The notes under the pieces are model-generated. The model searched no databases, had not been told where the DNA came from, and saw nothing but the letters and a program-made list of their open reading frames with translations. Below are positions 53,114 through 63,420 of a DNA stretch of 64,000 nucleotides, piece by piece. The stretch is from Octopus sinensis (Eukaryota): assembly GCF_006345805.1 (NCBI RefSeq), contig NC_043006.1, positions 85,498,001 through 85,562,000 of the forward strand, given 5' to 3'. A program made the position numbers and the translations under genes. Within the stretch, counting starts at the first letter, position 1; each line of letters opens with the position of its first letter.

Positions 53114-53786
53114 CTGAAGAATAATAATAAAAAATATTGCTTAAACTGGAATAACACTTTTAAATGACTAAAATATATATTCACATTGAAAAGCAACATC
53201 ATATAGAAAATTATTTTTTGTGTATGTGTTTTTTTGGGGATTTGGTGTAAAGAAAAATTGTAAACTAGAAAAAAGGAGTGCAATTAGAAACGGTACTGAT
53301 GATGACAAAGATTAACCCTTTTAGTATTCAGGTTACTCTGTGAAATGTAATGCTTATTTATTCACATTGTTTTAAATTCATTATTCATTATCTTGTAGCT
53401 TCGAAATTTTAATGATATGATTGTGTATTATCAGAATGATATAAGGCGGTGAACTGGCAGAATCGTTAGCATGCTGGACAGAATGCTTAATAGTATTTCA
53501 CTCGTTGCTATGTTCTGAGTTCAAATTCTGCCAAGACTGATTTTGCCTTTCATCCTTTCGGGGTCGATAAATTAAGTACCAGTGAAACACTGGGGTTGAT
53601 GTAATTGACTTAATCCTCTCCCCCAAGCTGCCCTTGTGGCAAAAATTTGAAATCATTATTAGAATGACATTGTGGGGTAGATGCAAGAAGTGAGATCTGG
53701 CCAATTTTAACATAAAGTAGGCTGAATATTTGGGTTAGATATGGCTGGTTTAAATACTAAAGAGTTAAAATAACCTTGAATACATA

Positions 53787-54137
53787 TTACTCTTTTACTT
53801 GTTTCAGTCATTTGACTGCGGCCATGCTGGAGCACCGCCTTTAATCGAGCAACTCGACCCCGGGACTTATTCTATCGGTCTCTTTTGCCAAACCGCTAAG
53901 TAACGGGGACATAAACACACCAGCATCGGCTGTCAAGCAATGCTAGGGGGACAAACACAGACACACACATATATGACAGGCTTCTTTCAGTTTCCGTCTA
54001 CCAAATCCACTCACAAGGCTTCGGTCGGCCCGAGGCTATAGCAGAAGACACTTGCCCAAGATGCCACGCAGTGGGACTGAACCCGGAACCATGTGGTTGG
54101 TTAGCAAGCTACTTACCACACAGCCACTCCTGCGCCT
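53787..54137 (-). mobile_element. tRNA-derived SINE, family A
   Basis: Reverse complement of a near full-length copy (…CAGCCACTCCTGCGCCT). Confidence 0.88.
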
Positions 54138-54524
54138 AATTGAAAAAAAAAAAAAACCCATCAGACGACACAGTTTTTTTGTTTGGTTTTATGCCCATTT
54201 TTGCAAGGAAGATTTTTCTATGGCTAGATGCTCTTCCTTACTTGCTTTCCAAATAAGTAGTTTTCATTTCACTGGTTTCTCACAGGTTGAAAGCTGAAAC
54301 TATAGGACTTTTTGCTTACTGGCGACAATAAGTAAAGACACCATTGTGAGGGCAATGGTGAGTCTGTGCAACTTGGGCAGAAAGAATATCACAAAGTATC
54401 TCTTCAAATGCTCGTATTTTTTTTTCCAATCTTTACCAGTACATATATACAAACTTGCACATAGCCTTCATCTATTAAATCACACTTACAAAGCATTGGT
54501 CAATCTAAAGCTATATAGAAGATA

Positions 54525-54717
54525 TTGGGCTGGTGCATAATTATTGCAGCTTTTTTTCAACAAAAACATCTTTAAATGATTATTCCGGAGCATATTCACC
54601 ATCTACTTCAATTACTGTTTCCCATTTACTTGGCAGATGGTCATTTAAAGATGTTTTTGTTAAATATTGTTATTGTTTTTGTTGAAAAAAAGTCGCAATG
54701 ATTATGCACCAACCCAA
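54525..54717. mobile_element. mariner-type MITE
   Basis: TA|TTGGGCTGGTGCATAATTATTGCAGC ... GTCGCAATGATTATGCACCAACCCAA resembles Hsmar1/MADE1 TIRs. It also has a nested internal inverted repeat (AAAAACATCTTTAAATGA). Confidence 0.8.
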
Positions 54718-54915
54718 TGCTTGTACAAGATGCTATGACATGACAATTAGGAGCAGAGGTTGCCACATACAAAAGAAATGATGTGATTGTCACAAACTAG
54801 GGATTACATATTGGGATTTGATTGCTACTGAAATAAACTGGAGCTGAAGAAAATAACAGTCTTGTTGATAATCTATGTGGTGAAGGATAGAGTTTGATGA
54901 AGAGAAATTACTTAA

Positions 54916-55124
54916 TCCTTTTGTTACCATATTTCAGTTGAGATGCTCTGTGTTTCTTGTAATTAATTTTAAATATAACAAAGAATTTAGTAAAACAACT
55001 TAGTTATCATTAACCTGGTGTTAGGAACATAAATTGTGACTAAGGTTAGGTGGAAGATTTTAAGTCAGAACTTTTGAAAACTACAGAGCCCGAGATGGTT
55101 TCAGGTGGGTTGATATCAAAAGGG
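54916..55124. mobile_element. piggyBac-type MITE
   Basis: TTAA|TCCTTTTGTTACC ... ATCAAAAGGG|TTAA. Confidence 0.75.
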
Positions 55125-55706
55125 TTAAGCAACAAGTCAAAGTAAAGACTGCAAGGAAAAATTATAATAGTGATGAAAATATGTTTTGAGATAATATATT
55201 TATCTACGTTCTTAAGTAAATCGATTCTGTGTCATCATCATCTTTTAATGTTCATCTTCCATGCCAGCATGGACTGGACAGATTGACAGGATCTGAAAGG
55301 CTCAAGGACTGCATCATGATCCAATATCTGCTTTAGCATGGTTTCAATGGCTGGATGCTCTTCCTAATGCCAACTAATTTACAGAGGGTACTGAATGCTT
55401 TTCCTTTATAACACTATTGATGATGAGATCACCATGTAACTTGCAAACACTAAGATTCCCTTCAAGCGAATGAAGATACAGTAGAGAGGGAGGTAGCTTT
55501 ATGCCAGGAAATATAGGTTAATAAATGAGAAAAGAGGAATTACATCTCTTTCTCTCTCTATGTGTGTATACATACATACTTATTGTGCAAACAGAAGCTA
55601 AGTGTTATGAAGGGGTCAAAATATACCATATTGACTTTATGCCTGACCAATTTATAAGGACACAGGTAATATCAATATGGCTAAATTTCCCCAAGTAATA
55701 TAAAAG

Positions 55707-55711
<5 letters not shown>

Positions 55712-55792
<81 letters not shown>
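55712..55792. repeat. (GA)n microsatellite
   Basis: Visible run. Confidence 0.95.
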
Positions 55793-55794
<2 letters not shown>

Positions 55795-56840
55795 ACAGCA
55801 TAGATTCTAGAAGGATTTTACGATGATACATCAAAACAAATGCATAATGCTGGAAGAGGAGAAAGTAGAGAACCTAGGTGGTGTCTACCCGAGCATCTAA
55901 AATAAATGCATATATGAAGCAATGACGTTATCGAACATTTTAAAATCTTAATTTTATAAGCATCCCAAAAGCAGAATTTATTTATGTATTCTTTTAAAAA
56001 TAATAAACGAGGAACTGGAATCAAGTGGAAGTTGTGAGGGGTTCACCAGTTCGTTTATATACTTAAGGAGTGAGAACAAAGCAAATAGAAGATTCATTAG
56101 ACGAGATCGAATGAGATTGTATGTTGTTCATGGTTTTCTCTACAGTATTAACGATATAAATGAAGAAAATTAGCTACAACTAATCGAAAACTAGTAGCTG
56201 AGCTGAATTCGCCGGTCGCTTACACAAAACGGCGATAAGCTTTATTGTAGGTGAATCTACGAAATCCGAGTATGTTTAAGACCAAACAATAAAATGTATT
56301 TCATAACAAATTTACAATAATAATAATAATAATAAAATGTAATGGTAAATTATAAAGCATTTTATTAAAATACAATTTCCGGAAAAAATCTTGTTCTATA
56401 TGAAAATTATGTTACGATTTACACTGATTTTTTAACTCCGCATAGTTGTTATACGTGAAGAAGTGGTGTTTGACTACAGGGAAGTACATCTACATAGGAT
56501 ATATTGGAATTTAGAGACCGTTACAAGGAAAATATAATATCAAAGAAACCGAGGGAATAATCAGAAAGGAGGAAATAAGAAAAATCAATGAATAGATGAC
56601 CGGTGCTTCTTTTTTAATAAGAAATCGAGGTTTTATGACCGCGCTCGGCATCGCGATGACAACGCAACTTCTAATTTAACGAGGTTCATTAAACCCTGTT
56701 TGAGGAATCACTCCATAAAATATGAATAAACACAATCATATTATTCTCATTAGTTGATAATTGCTAAGCTAGATGAGATAAGTAAACTTTATGTATTAAA
56801 GAAATACAACTAATTCAAAGAAGACGTGAAAATCACTCAC

Positions 56841-56843
56841 CAT
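56841..56843 (-). CDS. PSMA4: PSMA4 coding exon 1 (start codon only; 5' UTR extends upstream)
   Basis: Minus strand TTTCAAG ATG|GTGAGT. It supplies the Met missing from exon 2 in phase 0 and lies in a CpG-retaining zone. Total CDS is 780 nt (259 aa). Confidence 0.8.
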
Positions 56844-58671
56844 CTTGAAATATTGAGGATGTTCAATATTAGTTTCGTATATTTCGGTTCGTTATGATTT
56901 CAATACTTATTGAAATTATTTATTTTCTGAATTATTAAAAAAAAATTATAGATAATTTCAATTCAATTTTTTATTAAAATAAATGCTTTAATAAATTAAT
57001 TTAAACATATATCTATAAATGTTAATCAATGACGTGATAACGGAAGTTCAATTGTTTTCAATTAGATTAGTCACTGTAGTGGTATACCTACAGTTTAGTG
57101 CTCCACGAAACTGTATATCTTCAAAGTTTTCTAATAATGAATTTTTTGAAGAGAAATTTTGCAGAGATGAGTTTTCTAAGCCTTATCTTGATGAAATCAA
57201 AATCTTATAAATATTTTTACTTTGAAAATAATAAAAGGAGAATTTTATACTTTTTTAAACATTCATTAACTTACTCATGATCATTATCCGGCTTAATTAA
57301 AAAAAAAGCTTGCTTTATTGTAATTGCTATTACTCATTAGCAATATAAAATTAGAAATCATGACGAAAATATTCCAAGTAAATGTAAACTGGGAATATCA
57401 TCTTTCTTCACTTTCTGAGGGAAAAAAAAAGTCCAAAGTAAAACAAATGAATAAATTTTATCAACATAATCATCTACACCTTCAAAAATGTATCGAAACA
57501 AAATTTTATGGAAACGTATTTTTCTTTAAAATAATTAAGAAAAACAAAATTCGCATCAATCATGGGGCACCAAAGTGTGACATTTCCTTGCAGTTTCAAA
57601 AATCTACCGCGTTACGGTTTTAAAAATCTTATGCCATTAGGTTATTGGAATACATAAATAGTAATTTTAATTGATTAAATACTCTTTTCCTTGTTTCAGT
57701 TATTTGACTACGGCCATACTGGGGCAAATCGACTGCAGTACTTAATGTTTTTAAAGTCTGGCAATTATTCAGTCGGAAACTGGGAAGTCAAAGGAACGTA
57801 AACAAGCTAACATCGGTTGTCAAGTGGGGAGAGATTAACACACGCAAACGAACGTTTGTCGGTACTTTTGGTTATTTCGGCCAACTAAAAAAATTGCTTA
57901 ACCTAATTTCCAACGGCGGTGCATCAAAAGGGCCGCAGCTCTGAGCTGAAACTAAGAAAAAAAAACAAAAAACAACCCTCAATGAAATAAAAATGAAAAA
58001 AAAGTCAATAAACATGAAAAGTGAAACAATTAATCATCTTGAATCTAATAACATTTTTATAACGAATCGTATCATGCCTATAACAGCATGTTGAAGTATT
58101 GAATCAAAAGGACCCAACATTTTTAATCCAATCTCTTGTCGCCACAAACTCAATTTTTTTAATGGTAAATTTTTAATGGGGGTGTCTGCCTATGTCTTTG
58201 TGTGCAAACACATACACAAAAGGGATTTTTACGCGGGTTACATCTACTGGATTCACTCACAATACTTTGGTCGGCTGTAAGAGCAGACATTTACGCTAAG
58301 TGTCGTGCAGCGGGACTGAACCTGAAACCACGTGGTTGTGAATCGAACGTCTTTACCGCACAACCATGCCCGCACCTATATTCTAGGGATCCCACTTTAC
58401 TATTAACGTTTCGTGCACAAAGTCTTTGCCTATATTTTCTGCAGTAATTCTTCAAAGGCAAAAGATTGTCTCCCTTAGACCACAATCCGGATTCTACTCG
58501 GACAGCATGCGGCTCCAGCATTTCAATAGGAATCCCTCTCTCTCTATTTGACTCCCCCTCTCTCTCTCTATCTGACTCCCTCCCCCTATTGTTGTGATGA
58601 CTGGTCAGTCTACATCTATCCATCGCTACAGGTTTATAGCTTTAAGTTTATAGTGTGTGTGCGTGTGCGTG

Positions 58672-58933
58672 CATATACACACATACATACACACACACAT
58701 ACATACATACACACATACATACACACAGGCGTACGTACGTACATACATACATACATACATGCGTGCATACATACGTACATATATATAACGAACTAACAGT
58801 TACTTTCTCAGATGCAGCACGGACTTTGTTAGTGAACAGGTCGCGGATTTTAGCGACGAAAATATTTTGACAAATTAAACTTAAATGTTGAAATGAATCG
58901 AACGGCTTTTGTGTGTTTCTTAAATGGCTTATA
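58672..58933 (+). repeat. Left arm of a ~260-bp inverted repeat (PLE pseudo-LTR family)
   Basis: Near-identical to the reverse complement of 63060-63319, including the complex microsatellite block. Confidence 0.85.
58825..58874 (+). ncRNA. Type I hammerhead variant with G3-C8 core
   Basis: TTTGTTA GTGAACA G GTCGC-GGATTTTA-GCGAC GAAA ATATT T TGACAAA. Stems I and II pair, and stem III (AATATT) is palindromic. Confidence 0.6.
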
Positions 58934-59005
58934 TACACGAACGACCAAAGCCTTGCAAATGGATTTGGTAGATGGAAAATGAAAAAAAAAAACAGTCATA
59001 TGTAC

Positions 59006-59047
<42 letters not shown>

Positions 59048-59051
<4 letters not shown>

Positions 59052-61306
59052 ACCACAAAAAGAACTTCTTGGAAAACCCTTCGGTAAGGCTGATCTGTCC
59101 AACTAAGTCGGACATTGGCCGACTTAGTAAATCTATCCTGGATAGTGTTCTACCCCAAATAACCCCTCTTCTCCCCTTAAACCTATGGCTAAGTACGGAT
59201 GAAGTTCTAAAATGGTTTAACTCTCTAACTAATACTAGTAGTCTGTCCTTTATTCAGTTCGATATTAATAGTTATTACTCGAGTATTTCCCCTATCTTAC
59301 TCAACAAATCACTAATATTTGCCTTGAATCGCTCCCTCATATCTAGAGAAGAAATCAATATTGTGCTACTAGCTAGGAAGACATTTATAGAATTTGAAGA
59401 TAAATTATGGACTAGAGCAGATATACCAATGGGTTCCAGTGATTCGGCTGAGGTAACCAACCTAGTAGGCGCATATCTATTAAAATGCATAAGCAAGGAT
59501 ATACCAGAAATACAGGGGGGTCTATATAGGGATGATGCTCTGTTTGTTATCCCTAGTAATAATAAATCTGTTATAGAAAGGATTAGAAAGAAAATTAATA
59601 AGTTCTTTAAAGATTTCAACCTCAGTATAACGTATGAACCGGGCACTAAAATAGTTAACTTCCTAGATATTACGCTAGACCTTAACTCCAAGCTACATTA
59701 CCCATTTAGAAAGGAAGGCGAAATCACGAATTACGTAAATAAATTATCAAATCATCCCCCAAATATAATAGAATCTTTAGTAAGAAACATTTCATTAAGA
59801 ATTTCAAAATTATCATCCAATAAGGATATATTTAACTCCCATTCTGAGCATTATAATGAGGCGTTAACTAAGGCTGGATACAACCAAAAGATTACATTCG
59901 TTGATAAGGGGAACTCACGTATTCCTAATAATGAAGTTATCAGTAATCACGTAAGCAGCAATACAGACCAAACCCGAAATAAAAGTAGAATTAAATTAAT
60001 GGTAAACGCTAATCTAGCGTACAGGCCCTACAATTCAAATAGAAGCATTGACCAGAACATAGGTAACTCGGATAACATTGAAGTAGATAAACCTAAGATG
60101 CACACAAATAAAAATAAAAATAATGGTAATAAATACAATAACTCTGGTGAGATGAATAGTAGTAATTCTACGAACCCTAAATTTAATAAAAAAGATATAT
60201 TATGGCTGAATATCCCTTTCAACTGTGCGATACAATCGGATATACAGAACAAATTCAAAGTAATTCTGGAAAAAAATTTCCCTATCTCTCATAGATATCA
60301 TAGAATTATATCTAGGAAAACAGTTAGGATTTCTTATTCAACCCTCCCAAATATGTCCACTTTAATAGCTAAGATTAATAATAAAAACATTAAACTAGCC
60401 AGGAAAGATAGAAATAAAAATAATAATATCAGCATGAATACCAATAGCAATTATAATAATACTACCAACAATAAAAACAGCAATAGTAACTATCAAAACA
60501 TAGGTGAAATTAGTAACCACAGAATGACTAATAACATTAACATTAATAGTAATAATAACAATGCCGATATTAATAGAAGTAATAATGTTAATAATAGAAA
60601 TAATAGATATAAGGCTAATGGAGAAAATAAGGAGAATGAAAATATCAGTGATATTTATAACAACAATATGCAGTCGGATAAAAAGACTAACAATAATAGT
60701 AACATTACCAATAATATAAGAAATCATGGTAGGACTTTAGACCTAAATGATGAAGCTGAAGGATCAATAAATAATAGCAATACTTTAGATATCAGCACCA
60801 ACTATAGAAATGATAATCAAAATAATAGGAACCTAAGACATCTACCCAAGAATAATCCAAAGCCTGAAGTTGTTCCTCCTGTGTGTAAGTGTAGAATAAA
60901 ATCAAAATGCCCGGCACCTGGTCTATGTGGGGAAAATAATGTAATCTATAAATGTACCATATACACGGAGAATAACAAATATCTTTACTTTGGATGTACT
61001 ATTAATTTTCTAGCCAGAGTTAGAAATCACATCTCGTCTTTTAAATTACGTCATAAAGCTGGTACCACCACACTTTCAAACAAAATCTGGGAACTCAAAA
61101 ATAATAATAAAAATTATAACCTTAATTGGGAAATAGTTAGGAGAGCAATTCCGTATAAAAATAGTAGGGTTGGTTGCCAACTATGCTCCATGGAGACGTA
61201 TGAAATTCTAAAGCATAGAAAACATAGAAACTTATTGAATAACCATATCGAACTAGGTCAAGTTTGTGTCCACGCTAAATTGAAGACTTTAAAATATTTT
61301 AAATGA
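59048..61306 (+). CDS. PLE reverse transcriptase plus GIY-YIG endonuclease (N-terminally truncated, uninterrupted frame)
   Basis: RT motifs KDHKKNF..RLICPTKS, FDINSYYSSI, PMGSSDSAE and LYRDDAL; thumb KLSNHPP; CxCx5C linker CKCRIKSKC; endonuclease VIYKC..YFGCT..F..R..NH..SF; terminal CQLC..E and CVH. Confidence 0.9.
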
Positions 61307-62769
61307 TTAGAATATTCGTAACTAGATAGATAGATATAACTTGATTTCTACTAGTATAGCACTGCTTTAAGTAGATAACTAAGAGTTCTCACACTACAGT
61401 TATCTTTTTCCTTATATCTGATTCAGTTTTTTTGAGAACAGGGAAATGAATAGTACTTATACGCTGCTTAATTGAGGCTTTATTTAATTTCAAACTCATA
61501 ATTTTTAAATTCTTAATTTTAAATCTTAATTGTAATTTTTAATTTTAATTCCTAACTTAATCTAATCTAAGTAGCATAACTCTAATAAAATAAAATGAGT
61601 TACTATAGCCCCATAATTCTATTTCAAAATTAAATAAATAAGGCTACCCCCTCGGTGATAATATGATTATCTTCATTATGATAGACAATCCCCTTACACC
61701 TTGTAAATGATCTTCTAAGATTTGACCTGTAGTCCGGCAATGTATGAATAATAACGGCAACTCCTTAAGACAATAAAATGAATAAATTAAATAAGTAAAT
61801 TTTAATGACTTTTTGATAAGATTATACTTAGATTTTCCTAATGTATTTCCTTTGATTTTAGCATCTGACCCCTAAACCCCTGACTGTGTTATCTCTTTAG
61901 ATTCTCTTTAAATTCATAGCTGATTTCAACAGCAATAAATTAGCTGTTTTACTGGTCAAAGAATAATATTCTCCTCTAGTTCCTAGATGCCTGTAAATTA
62001 AAACCAGACTTGCCGTCTACTAATTCTTCTGTATAACTAGAACCCTCTTTTTTCTTTTTCTTTTTTCCCTTCTTTCCCTATTTCTTTCTCTTTTCTCTTT
62101 TTTTTTTCTTCTTCTTATTCTCTTTTTCCTTTTTTCTTCTCTTTTAGTCCCCTTCCCCCCCTTTTTTGCTCCCTCCTCCTTTATTTTCTCTCTTTTCTTC
62201 TATTCCCCGTCCCTTTTCTATTCTTTGCCTCTCTAGAAAGACCTTCAGCCTTTAAAAGTTAAATAGCTACAGCCTCTTGTAAATAGCAGTAATGTGATTA
62301 ATGTGGCAAATACCTAATCATATAACAAGAATTGATACCTACCTCATTGTGTTCAACCACTGATAAATTTATCGCCTGTGAATATGAAATTCCTCTTCAT
62401 TTCTCTGGAAATTTACATCTACACCATTGGAGATTGTGCATCTATACAAAGGATTAATTCACCCTCTCTGTAATGCTAATAAGCAGGAATTGAGACCCAC
62501 CTCGTTGTGATTAACAATGGATAAATTTGTCTTCTGTGAGTATGTAATCCCTCATCATATCTCTGGAAATTCATATGTGCTCTATGGATTAGGTCACCTT
62601 CTCTGTGATGCTATTAAAACTTTTTTAAAATTCTGTGATAAGACTGTACATCATCTTTAAAGAACTGTAATGAACTTTGGAAATCTGTTTATGTTTATGT
62701 TACTTAATTATCTACATTACTTCATGAGTATAGCCTCAACCACTAGGATGTCTAGAGAACTCACATGTA

Positions 62770-62860
62770 TTTTAGCTGATGAGTACGGGACACGTTTATA
62801 TGCTGTAATTTTTACAACTTTTAATAAAGCCTGTCCTTGTATGAAACGATTGTACTAAAA
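62770..62860 (+). ncRNA. Type I hammerhead ribozyme with extended stem II
   Basis: TTTTAG CTGATGA GTACGGGACA..TGTCCTTGTAT GAAA C-GATT-G TA CTAAAA. Stem I is a perfect 6 bp, the core is canonical, and GUA cleavage is predicted after 62854. Confidence 0.75.
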
Positions 62861-62889
62861 ACCTATCCATTCTTGTTGCTTCTTTCCCG

Positions 62890-62933
<44 letters not shown>

Positions 62934-62961
62934 ATATATAATATATATATATATATATACA

Positions 62962-63319
62962 GGGTGTGGTTAATATATTACGGAGATGTACCTGCATAGC
63001 AAGTGATTTGATCTGAGATCGTGTGCTGAAAAAAAAACAATTGCAGCGTGGAAGGTGTTTATAAGCCATTTAAGAAACACACAAAAGCCGTTCGATTCAC
63101 TTCAACATTTAAGTTTAAATTATCAAAATATTTTCGTCGCTAAAATCCGCGACCTGTTCACTGACAAAAATCCGTGCTGCATCTGAGAAAGTAACAGTTA
63201 GTTCGTTATATATATGTACGTATGTATGTATGCACGCATGTATGTATGCATGCATGTATGTATGTACGTACGTACGCCTGTGTGTATGTATGTATGTGTG
63301 TGTGTATGTATGTGTGTAT
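62962..63319 (-). repeat. Right arm of the inverted repeat (longer pseudo-LTR copy)
   Basis: Reverse complement of 58672-58933 plus the 3' extension also seen at 17640-17715. Confidence 0.85.
63120..63167 (-). ncRNA. Type I hammerhead variant with G3-C8 core, second copy
   Basis: Minus strand TTGTCA GTGAACA G GTCGC-GGATTTTA-GCGAC GAAA ATATT T TGATAA. Confidence 0.6.
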
Positions 63320-63420
63320 CATACACATATAAACACACAATCATGAACACACAAGCACATAGATATGTCGCATACATACATACAAACGTGCACACATGCA
63401 TACCTTTATATATATATATA

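Larger units (their letters stand above)
59046..62891 (+). mobile_element. Penelope-like retroelement, Naiad-type, 5'-truncated
   Basis: RT plus C-terminal GIY-YIG ORF and a ~1.6-kb 3' region ending just after a hammerhead motif. Both ends abut (TA)n. Confidence 0.88.

Noticed and set aside
58480-58650. First exon of a gene divergent from PSMA4, or a C/D snoRNA
   Set aside because: There is only a weak donor and a lone TGATGA with no D box, and no downstream exons appear in the window.
58913-59047. First ~45 aa of the 797-aa ORF as a genuine N-terminus
   Set aside because: It reads through a pseudo-LTR end, a SINE fragment and (TG)n/(TA)n. PLE homology starts only at KDHK, so the open frame is fortuitous even though in-frame ATGs exist (for example 58979).
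59275-60727. Minus-strand ORFs overlapping the PLE
   Set aside because: They are antisense shadows of the AT-rich, Asn-rich coding strand, with no motifs.
61304-61720. Selenoprotein-type Naiad (UGA recoding with a SECIS element)
   Set aside because: There is no internal in-frame TGA and all motif cysteines are TGT/TGC. The terminal TGA follows the usual C-terminal motif. The ATGA...TGAT segment near 61677-61711 lacks a convincing helix.
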